Origin: an uncultured Candidatus Saccharibacteria bacterium
GTDB taxonomy: Bacteria; Patescibacteriota; Minisyncoccia; Phycocordibacterales; GWA1-40-21
Length of the DNA stretch: 35,596 bases
Assembly (NCBI GenBank): GCA_964455475.1
Contig: CAYVWL010000003.1
Coordinates: 1 to 35,596 of the forward strand
Direction: 5' to 3'
Shown one piece after another: positions 14,604-23,889 of the stretch (positions within the stretch are counted from its first letter, which is position 1; the number at the start of each line of letters is the position of its first letter). A model generated the notes under the pieces. That model worked only from the letters and a program-made list of their open reading frames with translations, was not told the DNA's origin and did no database searches. The position numbers and the translations under genes are program-made.

Positions 14604-17495
14604 ATGAAAGAATATAACCATCTGAAAATCGAGCCAAAATGGCGCAAGGTGTGGGAGAAGAAGGGGATAAATAAGACCAAGGATACCACCAAGGGAAAGA
14701 AATTCTACGTTCTGGATATGTTTCCCTACCCATCTGGTGCCGGCCTACATGTGGGGCATCCGCGCGGTTATATTGCTACAGATGTATACTCCCGTTTCAA
14801 GAAAATGCATGGTTTCAACGTCCTGCACCCTATGGGCTGGGATGCTTTTGGTTTGCCGGCTGAAAACTATGCTTTAAAAAATAAAATCCACCCAGACAAG
14901 GCCACCAAGGAAAATGTTAAAAGATTTAAGAATCAAATTTCCATCATTGGTCTGAATTATGATTGGTCCCGTGAGATAAATACCACGGACCCAGCTTATT
15001 ATAAATGGACACAGTGGATTTTTTTGCAGCTGTTTAAGAAGGGTTTGGCCTATGAGAGCTATGAGCCGATAAATTGGTGCCCATCCTGCAAAACCGGTCT
15101 GGCCAATGAAGATCTGGAGGATGGCAAATGTGAGCGCTGTGGCAGTGTGGTGGAGAAAAAGCCAATGCGCCAGTGGGTGCTAAAAATTACGGATTATGCC
15201 GATAGATTGTTAAAGGATATTGATGTTTTGAATTGGCCAGAGTCTATCAAGGAGAGTCAGAGAAATTGGATTGGGCGTAGTGAAGGTTCGGAATTGTGGT
15301 TTAATATTAAAAATTTTGAGGGGAAAATCAGAGTATTTACTACCAGGGCGGATACATTTTACGGTGTCACCTATGTAGTGCTGGCGCCGGAGAATAAATT
15401 AGTGGATGAATTGAAACCATTAATAAAGAATTGGGCGGAGGTGGAAAAATATCGAGCCAGTGTAAAAAATAAAACGGAAATTGAAAGGACCGCAGAAAAT
15501 AAAGAAAAAACCGGTGTCAGACTGGTGGGTGTGGAGGCTAAACACCCACTGACCAAGGAAATTATTCCGGTCTTTATTGCGGATTATGTTTTGAATAATT
15601 ATGGTACCGGCGCGGTCATGGCTGTCCCGGCACATGATGAGCGTGATTTTGCCTTTGCCAAGAAATATAATTTACCGATCAAGCAGGTTATTGCTCCATA
15701 TTTTACTAAATCGGAAGGCGACAGAGACCAAGTTAAGCCAGATAAGGAAACAGTGAAGAGGGTGACGGCATATGCTCTTGTGTTAAACAGAAAGACGAAT
15801 AAATTTTTATGTTTGGACTGGGGTAAATTTGGTTGGCGTTCAGGGATAATCGGTGGACTAGACGAGGGAGAAGATTTTAAGGATGCAGCAATCCGCGAGA
15901 TCCATGAAGAGACAGGCTATACTAATGTGAAATTTATTAGGGAACTAGGTGGTGAGCAACATAATCATTTTTTTGCTGCCCACAAGGATATAAATAGATA
16001 TGGTATTGGAAGAGGAATGCTATTTGAGCTTGTGGATGAAGCTAGAGACACTGTTTCTGCGGAAGATACAAAAAATCACACTACTGTATGGATTGACTCA
16101 GATAAAATGGAAGGATGGTTAAATCTTGAAGCGTTTAAATATATGTGGCAGGTATATAAATCAAACTCGGATTGTTTTATAGGTAATGGTATATTGATCA
16201 ACTCGGCGGAATTTGATGGTTTGAATAGTGAGGAAGCCAAGAAGAAGATTACGGATCTGGCGGACGGGGTGGAGAAGGTGACTTATAAATTAAAGGATTG
16301 GGTGTTTTCTAGACAGCGTTATTGGGGCGAGCCGATTCCGCTTATACACTGCGCAAAATGTGGGGTAGTGGCCGTGCCGGAAAAAGATTTGCCGGTCAAA
16401 TTACCAAAGGTAAAATTTTATGAGCCAACAGGGACGGGAGAATCACCTCTGGCCAAGATTGACAAATGGGTGAATACCAAATGTCCAAAATGCGGTGGCA
16501 AGGGCAAGAGAGAGACAAACACCATGCCTCAATGGGCCGGCTCTAGCTGGTATTATTTACGGTACGTTGATCCCAAAAACAAGAAATCCTTAATTGATAA
16601 AAAGAAAGAAAAGTTCTGGCTAAAAAACGGGGTGGATCTTTATGTGGGTGGGACCGAGCATGCTACCCGGCACCTTATCTATGCGCGCTTTTGGCACAAA
16701 TTCCTATATGATATTGGTGTAGTGAGTGAGAAGGAACCATTTCATCAGCTGAAAAATCAGGGGATGATTTTGGGTTCTGATGCCCGCAAGATGAGCAAGC
16801 GCTGGGGTAATGTGGTAAATCCAGATGAAGTGGTGAAAAATGTGGGTGCCGATACCCTGCGCGTGTATGAGATGTTTATGGGGCCATTTGAGCAGGAGAT
16901 TGCCTGGAGTACGGACAATATGGTGGGCTCACGACGCTTTTTGGAGAAGGTGTGGCGTGTCGGACAAAATTTTCTCCAAAAATCATCCTCTCCACTTAAC
17001 GGAGTACCTAATCGTTCCGAGGATGTTTCTGGAGAAAATTTTCAAACTCTGCTTCATAAAACCATCAAGAAAGTGACAGAGGATATTTTGAATTTTAATT
17101 TCAACACGGCCGTCTCCGCCTTTATGATTTTGGTGAATCTAGCGGAAAAAACAAATATTTCTCGTCGTGACTATGAGACAATATTAAAACTTTTGGCACC
17201 ATTTGCTCCGCATCTCACGGAGGAGATATGGGCTAATTTGGGCAATAGGAAGTCCATTCATTTGGAATCTTGGCCGAAATATGATGAGAAGAAAATTGTT
17301 TCTAACAAAATTGTTATTAGTGTCCAGATAAATGGCCGACCAAGAGCCTCGTTTGAGATGCCCGTAGGGTCTACCCAGGCGGAAGTGGAGAAAGTGGCCA
17401 TGGCCAGAGAGGATGTTTTGAAGTGGGTCACGGGGAAGGAGATCAAAAAGAAAATGTTTATCAAAGAAAAGATTTTGGCTTTGATTACTGATTAG
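14604..17495 (+). CDS. leuS: leucine--tRNA ligase with an inserted Nudix hydrolase domain
   Basis: HVGH and KMSKR motifs. CP1 editing motifs TTRADTFYG and GTGAVMAVPAHDERD. Nudix box GGLDEGEDFKDAAIREIHEETGY at 15852-15920. Confidence 0.96.
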   Translation: MKEYNHLKIEPKWRKVWEKKGINKTKDTTKGKKFYVLDMFPYPSGAGLHVGHPRGYIATDVYSRFKKMHGFNVLHPMGWDAFGLPAENYALKNKIHPDKATKENVKRFKNQISIIGLNYDWSREINTTDPAYYKWTQWIFLQLFKKGLAYESYEPINWCPSCKTGLANEDLEDGKCERCGSVVEKKPMRQWVLKITDYADRLLKDIDVLNWPESIKESQRNWIGRSEGSELWFNIKNFEGKIRVFTTRADTFYGVTYVVLAPENKLVDELKPLIKNWAEVEKYRASVKNKTEIERTAENKEKTGVRLVGVEAKHPLTKEIIPVFIADYVLNNYGTGAVMAVPAHDERDFAFAKKYNLPIKQVIAPYFTKSEGDRDQVKPDKETVKRVTAYALVLNRKTNKFLCLDWGKFGWRSGIIGGLDEGEDFKDAAIREIHEETGYTNVKFIRELGGEQHNHFFAAHKDINRYGIGRGMLFELVDEARDTVSAEDTKNHTTVWIDSDKMEGWLNLEAFKYMWQVYKSNSDCFIGNGILINSAEFDGLNSEEAKKKITDLADGVEKVTYKLKDWVFSRQRYWGEPIPLIHCAKCGVVAVPEKDLPVKLPKVKFYEPTGTGESPLAKIDKWVNTKCPKCGGKGKRETNTMPQWAGSSWYYLRYVDPKNKKSLIDKKKEKFWLKNGVDLYVGGTEHATRHLIYARFWHKFLYDIGVVSEKEPFHQLKNQGMILGSDARKMSKRWGNVVNPDEVVKNVGADTLRVYEMFMGPFEQEIAWSTDNMVGSRRFLEKVWRVGQNFLQKSSSPLNGVPNRSEDVSGENFQTLLHKTIKKVTEDILNFNFNTAVSAFMILVNLAEKTNISRRDYETILKLLAPFAPHLTEEIWANLGNRKSIHLESWPKYDEKKIVSNKIVISVQINGRPRASFEMPVGSTQAEVEKVAMAREDVLKWVTGKEIKKKMFIKEKILALITD

Positions 17496-17571
17496 TGTTT
17501 GACTTAAAATTGGAAGGGTGCTATACTAGACTCAAGACATTATTATTAGTCAAAACAGTTAATTTAACTTT

Positions 17572-18606
17572 ATGTCAACAGTAATAAATTTCAAGCCAAA
17601 GCAAGCTAGCAAAGTTTTGATCAATGCCCTAGCGGAGAGATCCCGAGACGTCATGACCAAGCGTTATGGTCTGGGTAAAGATCCAGAACCAATGACCTTG
17701 GATGCTATTGGTAAGACTTATGGTATCACCCGTGAGCGTGTCCGTCAGATTGAAAATCACGCCCTTTCTATTATCCGAAAATCTAAACAATATTTTGACT
17801 CCAAGCCGATATTCGATGAGATAGAAGCTGTCATTCATAATCTGGGTGGCATTGTGGCAGAGCAGGATCTTTTGGATTATATTTCATCCGATGCTTCTAT
17901 TCAAAGCCATATCAATTTTATACTCGTCGTTGGTCATCCATTTACCAAGATCAAGGAAGATGAAGATTTCAAACACCGCTGGCTGATAGATGCCACCTTG
18001 TCGGAAAAAGTGCATGAGGCTCTCCGAAAGCTTTATGCCACCTTGAAGAGTGAAGATCTTTTGTCTGAAACCGATATTATAAAATCATTCCTAGAACATT
18101 TGGAGGATGTGTCTGAAAAATACAGAAATGAAGAGATTGCCAAGCGCTGGTTGTCCCTGTCTAAAAAGATTGGCCGAAACACCCTCGGTGAATGGGGTAA
18201 AACCGAATCTTCCAATATTAGCACCAAGGGTATGCGTGACTATGCTTATTTAGTCATCAGACGACACGGTTCCCCAATTCATTTCCGCGAAGTAGCAAAA
18301 ATCATTACTGATGTCTTTAAAATCAAAGCCCATGTGGCCACTACTCATAATGAACTGATCAAGGATCCGCGTTTTGTGCTGGTGGGTCGCGGTCTTTATG
18401 CCTTGTCCGAATGGGGTTATATGAGCGGTGTGGTCAAGGATGTGATCAAGAAAATTATTGAGAAGAGCGGTCCTTTGACCAAAGCCGAGGTGATAGAAAA
18501 GGTGATGAAAGAGAGATATGTGAAGGAAAACACCATCATCATCAATCTCCAGAATCCAAAGTATTTCAAAAAGAATAAGGACGGCCGGTATGAGATAGTA
18601 AAGTAG
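17572..18606 (+). CDS. sigma-70 region-4-like HTH plus C-terminal HARE-HTH protein
   Basis: N-terminal RYGL...TLDAIGKTYGITRERVRQIENHAL. C-terminal YLVIRRHGSPIHFREVA...DPRFVLVGRGLYALSEWGY. Confidence 0.7.
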   Translation: MSTVINFKPKQASKVLINALAERSRDVMTKRYGLGKDPEPMTLDAIGKTYGITRERVRQIENHALSIIRKSKQYFDSKPIFDEIEAVIHNLGGIVAEQDLLDYISSDASIQSHINFILVVGHPFTKIKEDEDFKHRWLIDATLSEKVHEALRKLYATLKSEDLLSETDIIKSFLEHLEDVSEKYRNEEIAKRWLSLSKKIGRNTLGEWGKTESSNISTKGMRDYAYLVIRRHGSPIHFREVAKIITDVFKIKAHVATTHNELIKDPRFVLVGRGLYALSEWGYMSGVVKDVIKKIIEKSGPLTKAEVIEKVMKERYVKENTIIINLQNPKYFKKNKDGRYEIVK

Positions 18607-18617
18607 GATGAGTGAAC

Positions 18618-18642
18618 AAAAGGGCCCGCTAGGGCTTTTTTG
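18618..18642 (+). terminator. rho-independent terminator
   Basis: AAAAGGGCCC-GCTA-GGGCTTTTTT. Confidence 0.6.
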
Positions 18643-18679
18643 TTTGGCAATAAAACCATAGTGTGATAAAATATGTTAC

Positions 18680-19963
18680 ATGTTATTGGAACTTTTGATT
18701 AAGTTTAATACGGAAATATTACCGCTGATTCTGAGAATAATTTTTGTTATTTCTCCAATTGTTATTCCCATTATTTTGATTTATGTGGCGGTGCTTTTAT
18801 ATGTCCGGCAAGTTCAGCTTAAATATATTTCCAAATTAAAATCATTTCTATTTGAGATCAAGATACCAAAAGATATCCAGAAATCCCCATTGGCCATGGA
18901 AATTATTTTTGCTGCCATGCAGGCCAGTGGCGCCGCCACCTACACGGAGGCGTATTTGGATGGTAAAGTGAAGGGTTGGTTTTCCCTAGAGCTGGCATCT
19001 ATTAATGGCCAGGTTCATTTTTATATTTGGTCATCGGAACCAAAATTTAAAAAAATACTAGAGGCGCAAATCTATGCGCAATATCCCACGGTGGAGATCT
19101 ACGAAGTCCCACCAGAAAAGGATTATGTTCGGCAGTTTATTTTTGACCCTGCCAAAAACAGTATGTGGGGTCTGCAATTTAAACTAGTCAAGCCTGATAT
19201 TTACCCAATAAAAACTTATGTGGATTATAATATGGATAAGGATCAGAAGGATGAGTACCGCATTGACCCCATGACCGCCGTTTTGGAATTTATGGGTTCA
19301 GCCACTAAAGGAAATCAGATTTGGCTGCAGATTCTAATTAAGATGCATGGTAAGGAGGATATGAAAAATCATAGATTAAGAGAAAAGCCAAACTGGGAAC
19401 AGGCGGCACTTGATGAGATTGCCGAGATCAAGAAGAAGGCAACCCCTGAGACAAAGGGTGATTTTCCCGGCTTTCCAAATATGACGAAAGGGCAGACAGA
19501 GACTATTGCTGCTATTGAGAGAAGCCTGGGTAAAATGTCATTTGATACCATGATTCGTGGTTTTTATTTGGCAGATAATGACGTTTTTAACCCATCCTAT
19601 ATTTCCGGCTATATCGGGTCAATGCGTCAGTTTAATTCTCAGACCTTGAATTGGCTCAAAATTAGCAAGTGGACTGATGTCAGTGATAATTTCAAGGATT
19701 GGGCCACGCTTTTTCCTTTTTTGAAAAAAGTGATAGTTCACCGCAAGGCCAAATTGACCAAAGAGATGTTCAATGCCTACCGTCTACGCTCCTTCTTTTA
19801 TCCACCTTATCAGAATTACAGACAGGGCCCATTCATTCTAAATACGGAGGAATTGGCCACCATCTATCACTTCCCAGGTAATGTCTCCGCCACACCTACC
19901 CTCACCAAGATTGCTTCCAAGAAGTCAGAACCACCAGCCAATCTGCCAATCAAATCAGTATAA
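18680..19963 (+). CDS. hypothetical membrane protein (427 aa)
   Basis: TGaTAAAAT lies 7 nt upstream of ATG. N-terminal TM hairpin. No family recognised. Confidence 0.65.
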   Translation: MLLELLIKFNTEILPLILRIIFVISPIVIPIILIYVAVLLYVRQVQLKYISKLKSFLFEIKIPKDIQKSPLAMEIIFAAMQASGAATYTEAYLDGKVKGWFSLELASINGQVHFYIWSSEPKFKKILEAQIYAQYPTVEIYEVPPEKDYVRQFIFDPAKNSMWGLQFKLVKPDIYPIKTYVDYNMDKDQKDEYRIDPMTAVLEFMGSATKGNQIWLQILIKMHGKEDMKNHRLREKPNWEQAALDEIAEIKKKATPETKGDFPGFPNMTKGQTETIAAIERSLGKMSFDTMIRGFYLADNDVFNPSYISGYIGSMRQFNSQTLNWLKISKWTDVSDNFKDWATLFPFLKKVIVHRKAKLTKEMFNAYRLRSFFYPPYQNYRQGPFILNTEELATIYHFPGNVSATPTLTKIASKKSEPPANLPIKSV

Positions 19964-19965
19964 GT

Positions 19966-20934
19966 ATGTGGTATGAGTATGTGTACAAAAAACAAAGCTA
20001 TCTTCTCTACATTGTATTAGTACTTTTATTTTTTATTTTATTAATTTCCTATTCTTTCTGTAGAGCCCCAAGGGATTTTCCCACTAATTCCATGTATACC
20101 GTGGAGAAAGGAGTGGGACTGACAGCCTTGGCGGATGATTTGCAAGATAATAATACTATTAAATCACCATTTCTTTTTAAAGTATTTTCGGTTTTGACTG
20201 GTGGAACCAAGGGTATCATGGCGGGGGATTATGTCCTGGAGGGGCCACAGAGTGTCATCAGGTTGGCTTACCGCTTTACTCACGGTGAATTTGATCTTGA
20301 TCCAGTAAGGATAACTATTCCTGAGGGATTGAATATCTTTGAGGTTGCCAAACTGGTTTCAGTAAAATTTTCTAAAATTACGGAAGAGGAATTTATTACT
20401 GAGGGTAAGGATTTTGAAGGTTATCTTTTCCCTGATACTTATACCTTCCTGCCAAATGCCACAGCCGATGAGATAATAAAAAAGATGCGTCAGACTTTTC
20501 AGGAAAAGATCCAGACTCTTGATGCGGAAATTTCATCCTCAAAAAGATCACGGACGGATATAATAAAGATGGCGTCTATTATTGAGAAGGAAGTAAGAAA
20601 ATATGAGACCATGCAAACAGTCGCCGGTATTCTCTGGAAGAGAATTGATATTGGTATGCCTCTACAGGTGGACGCTTCTTTTAAATATATTAATGGTGAG
20701 GGGACAAAAGACTTGTCATTGGATGATTTAAAAATCGATTCACCCTATAACAGCTACTTGTATAAAGGCCTACCGCCTACTCCGATATCAAACCCCGGTT
20801 TGGAGTCCATTAGAGCCACATTGAATCCAGTTAAAACTGATTATTTATATTTTCTAACAGATAAGAAGGGTTATATGCATTATGCCAAAACTTTTGCCGA
20901 GCATTTGCAAAATAAGAATTTATACCTAAAATAG
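19966..20934 (+). CDS. mltG: endolytic murein transglycosylase MltG (YceG family)
   Basis: EGYLFPDTY, ASIIEKE and GLPPTPISNPG motifs. Confidence 0.9.
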   Translation: MWYEYVYKKQSYLLYIVLVLLFFILLISYSFCRAPRDFPTNSMYTVEKGVGLTALADDLQDNNTIKSPFLFKVFSVLTGGTKGIMAGDYVLEGPQSVIRLAYRFTHGEFDLDPVRITIPEGLNIFEVAKLVSVKFSKITEEEFITEGKDFEGYLFPDTYTFLPNATADEIIKKMRQTFQEKIQTLDAEISSSKRSRTDIIKMASIIEKEVRKYETMQTVAGILWKRIDIGMPLQVDASFKYINGEGTKDLSLDDLKIDSPYNSYLYKGLPPTPISNPGLESIRATLNPVKTDYLYFLTDKKGYMHYAKTFAEHLQNKNLYLK

Positions 20935-20938
20935 GTAG

Positions 20939-22114
20939 ATGAGCAAAAAAGGGTATAAAAAGAAAGTGTTTGTGGGCCTGTCCGGCGGAGTAGATAGCTC
21001 GGTCTCGGCTGCTTTGCTAAAAAAAGCCGGTTATGAGGTGACCGGAGTCTTTATCAAGGTATGGACACCAGACTTTTTTGACTGCACCTGGCGGGAGGAT
21101 AGGTTGGATGCTATGCGGGTCTGCGCCAAGCTGAAAATACCATTTGTCACTTTGGATTTGGAGAAGGAGTATAAGAAGGAGGTGGTGGACTATATGATAA
21201 CGGAATATGAGGCAGGCCGGACGCCAAATCCGGATGTGATGTGCAATAAATATATTAAATTTGGCGGTTTTTTTGATTGGGCCATGAAGCAGGGCGCGGA
21301 TTATGTTGCCACCGGACATTATGCCAAAATCGCTCCTGCAGAAGGTAAGGTAATGCTTTCGGAGAGACTTGGGAGCGCGACTGGCGCGAGCACGAGGAAT
21401 TTTTTAGCAAAAAAATATCCGTGCTCTCAGAAAGTATTACCTTATCTTCTGCTTGCTGGGGATGATAAGAATAAAGATCAGTCATATTTTCTCTGGACCC
21501 TGACACAAAAGCAACTAACAAAAACCTTATTTCCAGTGGGGGATTTGGAAAAGCCCGCGGTACGAAAACTAGCTAAAAAATTTGGTCTGGAAACTGCCAC
21601 TAAGAAGGACAGTCAGGGCCTGTGCTTTATTGGCAAGGTGGATATGGCAGATTTCCTGAAACATTTTATTAAAAGTAAACCTGGTTTTGTCTTAAATGAG
21701 GCTGGAGAGAAAATCGGTGAGCATGACGGTGCGGTATTTTATACCATTGGCCAGCGCCATGGCTTTACGCTGACCGAAAACTCTCCGTCGGACAAACCAC
21801 ATTATGTAATAAGTAAGGATATTAAGAATAATACTATTACTGTCAGCACAAAAATTTTAAAGAGTGAGAATGTTTCTGCAAAAGAGTTTATTCTTGATAA
21901 GGTAAATTGGACATCTGATGGGCTACCAGATTTAGATAAAATATATCAAGCTAGAATCAGATATCGTGGAGAATTGTCCAAAAGTAAAATTGAAGAATTG
22001 GAGAAAGGTAAAATCAAGATAATCTTTATCAGATCCCAAAAGTCACCGGCCCCCGGCCAATCTATTGTCATCTATGATGAGGAAGTGTGTCTCGGTGGTG
22101 GAATTATTTCCTAG
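20939..22114 (+). CDS. mnmA: tRNA 2-thiouridine(34) synthase MnmA carrying an in-frame palindromic insertion
   Basis: SGGVDSSV PP-loop and KDQSYFL motif. About 31-39 extra aa between GHYA and KDQSYFL. Confidence 0.93.
   Translation: MSKKGYKKKVFVGLSGGVDSSVSAALLKKAGYEVTGVFIKVWTPDFFDCTWREDRLDAMRVCAKLKIPFVTLDLEKEYKKEVVDYMITEYEAGRTPNPDVMCNKYIKFGGFFDWAMKQGADYVATGHYAKIAPAEGKVMLSERLGSATGASTRNFLAKKYPCSQKVLPYLLLAGDDKNKDQSYFLWTLTQKQLTKTLFPVGDLEKPAVRKLAKKFGLETATKKDSQGLCFIGKVDMADFLKHFIKSKPGFVLNEAGEKIGEHDGAVFYTIGQRHGFTLTENSPSDKPHYVISKDIKNNTITVSTKILKSENVSAKEFILDKVNWTSDGLPDLDKIYQARIRYRGELSKSKIEELEKGKIKIIFIRSQKSPAPGQSIVIYDEEVCLGGGIIS
21338..21452 (+). repeat. 115-nt in-frame palindrome inside mnmA
   Basis: The 29-nt arms (21338-21366 and 21424-21452) pair at 26 Watson-Crick plus 2 G-U plus 1 mismatch. 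GC-rich centre. Confidence 0.85.
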
Positions 22115-22137
22115 CTTCATGTTATAATGTGAGCACG

Positions 22138-23070
22138 ATGCCACCAAAACAAGGAATTTATATTATAAAATCGGACGGAGTGCGCGAGCTTTTTGATAGA
22201 GAAAAGCTTTTGCGTTCTTTGCGCAAGATTGGTACTGACTCCAAAACCGCGGAAATGATTGTGACCAAGATTGAGACTGGCCTAGCAGAAGGTAGCACTA
22301 CCAAGGAAATATATAGGCGGGCTTTTACCTTACTGAAGAAACATCAGCGCCCTGTTGCCCTCCGTTACTCCCTGAAACGGGCAATTGCCGAGCTTGGCCC
22401 ATCGGGTTTTCCGTTTGAGGATTATGCGGCGGAAATATTTAGAGCCCAGGGCTATACGGCCGTCACAGATCAAATAGCCATGGGTACTTGTGTTCCGCAT
22501 GAGATAGATGTGGTGGCTTATAATGATAAGGAACTTGTAGCTGTAGAAGCTAAATTTCATACGGATTTTGGTACCCGGTCTGACTTGAAGGTGGCTCTCT
22601 ATATCAAGGCGCGTTTTGAAGATTTACAAAATGGTATTTTTAAATATGCCCTGCCCGGTCAAGGAGCCAAGGAAAGAAAGATGACCAAAGGCATGCTCAT
22701 TACCAATACCAAATTTTCCTCCACGGCCATTCAGTATGGTGAATGCGCTCATTTGAATATGGTGGGTTGGAATTATCCGCACAATGGTAATCTCCATCAA
22801 ATAATTGAGAAATTAAATTTAGTTCCTCTCACTGTGCTCACTACCCTGAGTCAGACCGAGAAAAAAATGTTTTTAGCTAACGATATCGTCTTGTCAAAAC
22901 ATTTGGGTGATTACGGCCTGCTTAAAAGTTACGGTTTTGATGATGATAAGGCCCAGACCGTAGTGAAGGAGGTCTATGATTTGTGTAAAGAATGTGTGGG
23001 GCCTGAGGAGCTGGCCAAAATTCAAAGAATGGCCGAAGAAAAAAATAAAAAAAATGAGCCAGTATTATAA
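22138..23070 (+). CDS. ATP-cone domain fused to a restriction-endonuclease-fold (Mrr-like PD-(D/E)xK) domain
   Basis: IYIIKSDGVRELFDREKLLRSL is ATP-cone-like. HEIDVVA...VAVEAK matches D...ExK. ATG lies 9 nt after TGtTATAAT. Confidence 0.7.
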   Translation: MPPKQGIYIIKSDGVRELFDREKLLRSLRKIGTDSKTAEMIVTKIETGLAEGSTTKEIYRRAFTLLKKHQRPVALRYSLKRAIAELGPSGFPFEDYAAEIFRAQGYTAVTDQIAMGTCVPHEIDVVAYNDKELVAVEAKFHTDFGTRSDLKVALYIKARFEDLQNGIFKYALPGQGAKERKMTKGMLITNTKFSSTAIQYGECAHLNMVGWNYPHNGNLHQIIEKLNLVPLTVLTTLSQTEKKMFLANDIVLSKHLGDYGLLKSYGFDDDKAQTVVKEVYDLCKECVGPEELAKIQRMAEEKNKKNEPVL

Positions 23071-23860
23071 TGCCAAAAGAACTCGCGGACTATATGAAGC
23101 CAAGTCCAAGGAGCCACATCGTCTGTCCCGCTCCAAACTGGATCTGTTTATGAATTGTCAGCGCTGTTTTTATTTGGACCAAGTGTGCGGAGTAGGCCGG
23201 CCGGCTTCTTTTCCCTTGACTCTAAACAATGCGGTAGATTATTTGATGAAAAAGGAATTTGACATTCACCGGGCGCAGGGAACGGCTCATCCGCTCATGA
23301 AAACCTATGATATAGAGGCGGTGCCGTATGATGATCCTAAAATGGAGGAATGGCGTGATGCCTTGAAGCGGGGAATTTCCCATCTACACAAACCTACCAA
23401 TATTATTTTACGTGGCGGGGTGGATGATATTTGGATAAATAAAAAAGGGGAACTGATAGTGGTAGATTATAAGGCCACCAGCAAGGATGAGGAGATCACT
23501 TTGGACGATGAATGGAAGATACAATACAAACGCCAGATGGAAATATATCAATGGCTCTTCAAACAAAACGGTTATAAGGTGTCAAACACTGGATATTTTG
23601 TGTATGTAAATGGCAAGACAGACCGCGAGGCCTTTGACGGTAAACTGGATTTTGATATTACGATTATTCCGTATGAAGGTAAAACGGATTGGATTGAAGA
23701 TAAAATATTTGAGATGAAAAAATGCCTTGATCTGCCAAATGCCCCTGTCGCTAATCCGGATTGCGATTATTGCAATTATCGAAAATCAGCCGGGGAGAGC
23801 TTGCAAAAACTAGCCAAAGAAGAAAAAACTAAAATTGCTTCGAAAAGTCTATTTAGCTAA
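23054..23860 (+). CDS. Cas4/RecB-like PD-(D/E)XK nuclease with terminal Cys clusters
   Basis: GGVDDIW...VVDYK and QMEIYQWL motifs. CQRC at the N-terminus and C-x12-CDYC at the C-terminus. Overlaps the upstream gene by 17 nt. Confidence 0.7.
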   Translation: MSQYYNAKRTRGLYEAKSKEPHRLSRSKLDLFMNCQRCFYLDQVCGVGRPASFPLTLNNAVDYLMKKEFDIHRAQGTAHPLMKTYDIEAVPYDDPKMEEWRDALKRGISHLHKPTNIILRGGVDDIWINKKGELIVVDYKATSKDEEITLDDEWKIQYKRQMEIYQWLFKQNGYKVSNTGYFVYVNGKTDREAFDGKLDFDITIIPYEGKTDWIEDKIFEMKKCLDLPNAPVANPDCDYCNYRKSAGESLQKLAKEEKTKIASKSLFS

Positions 23861-23889
23861 CGGTGGATAAACTCCTATCATTTTTTAGT

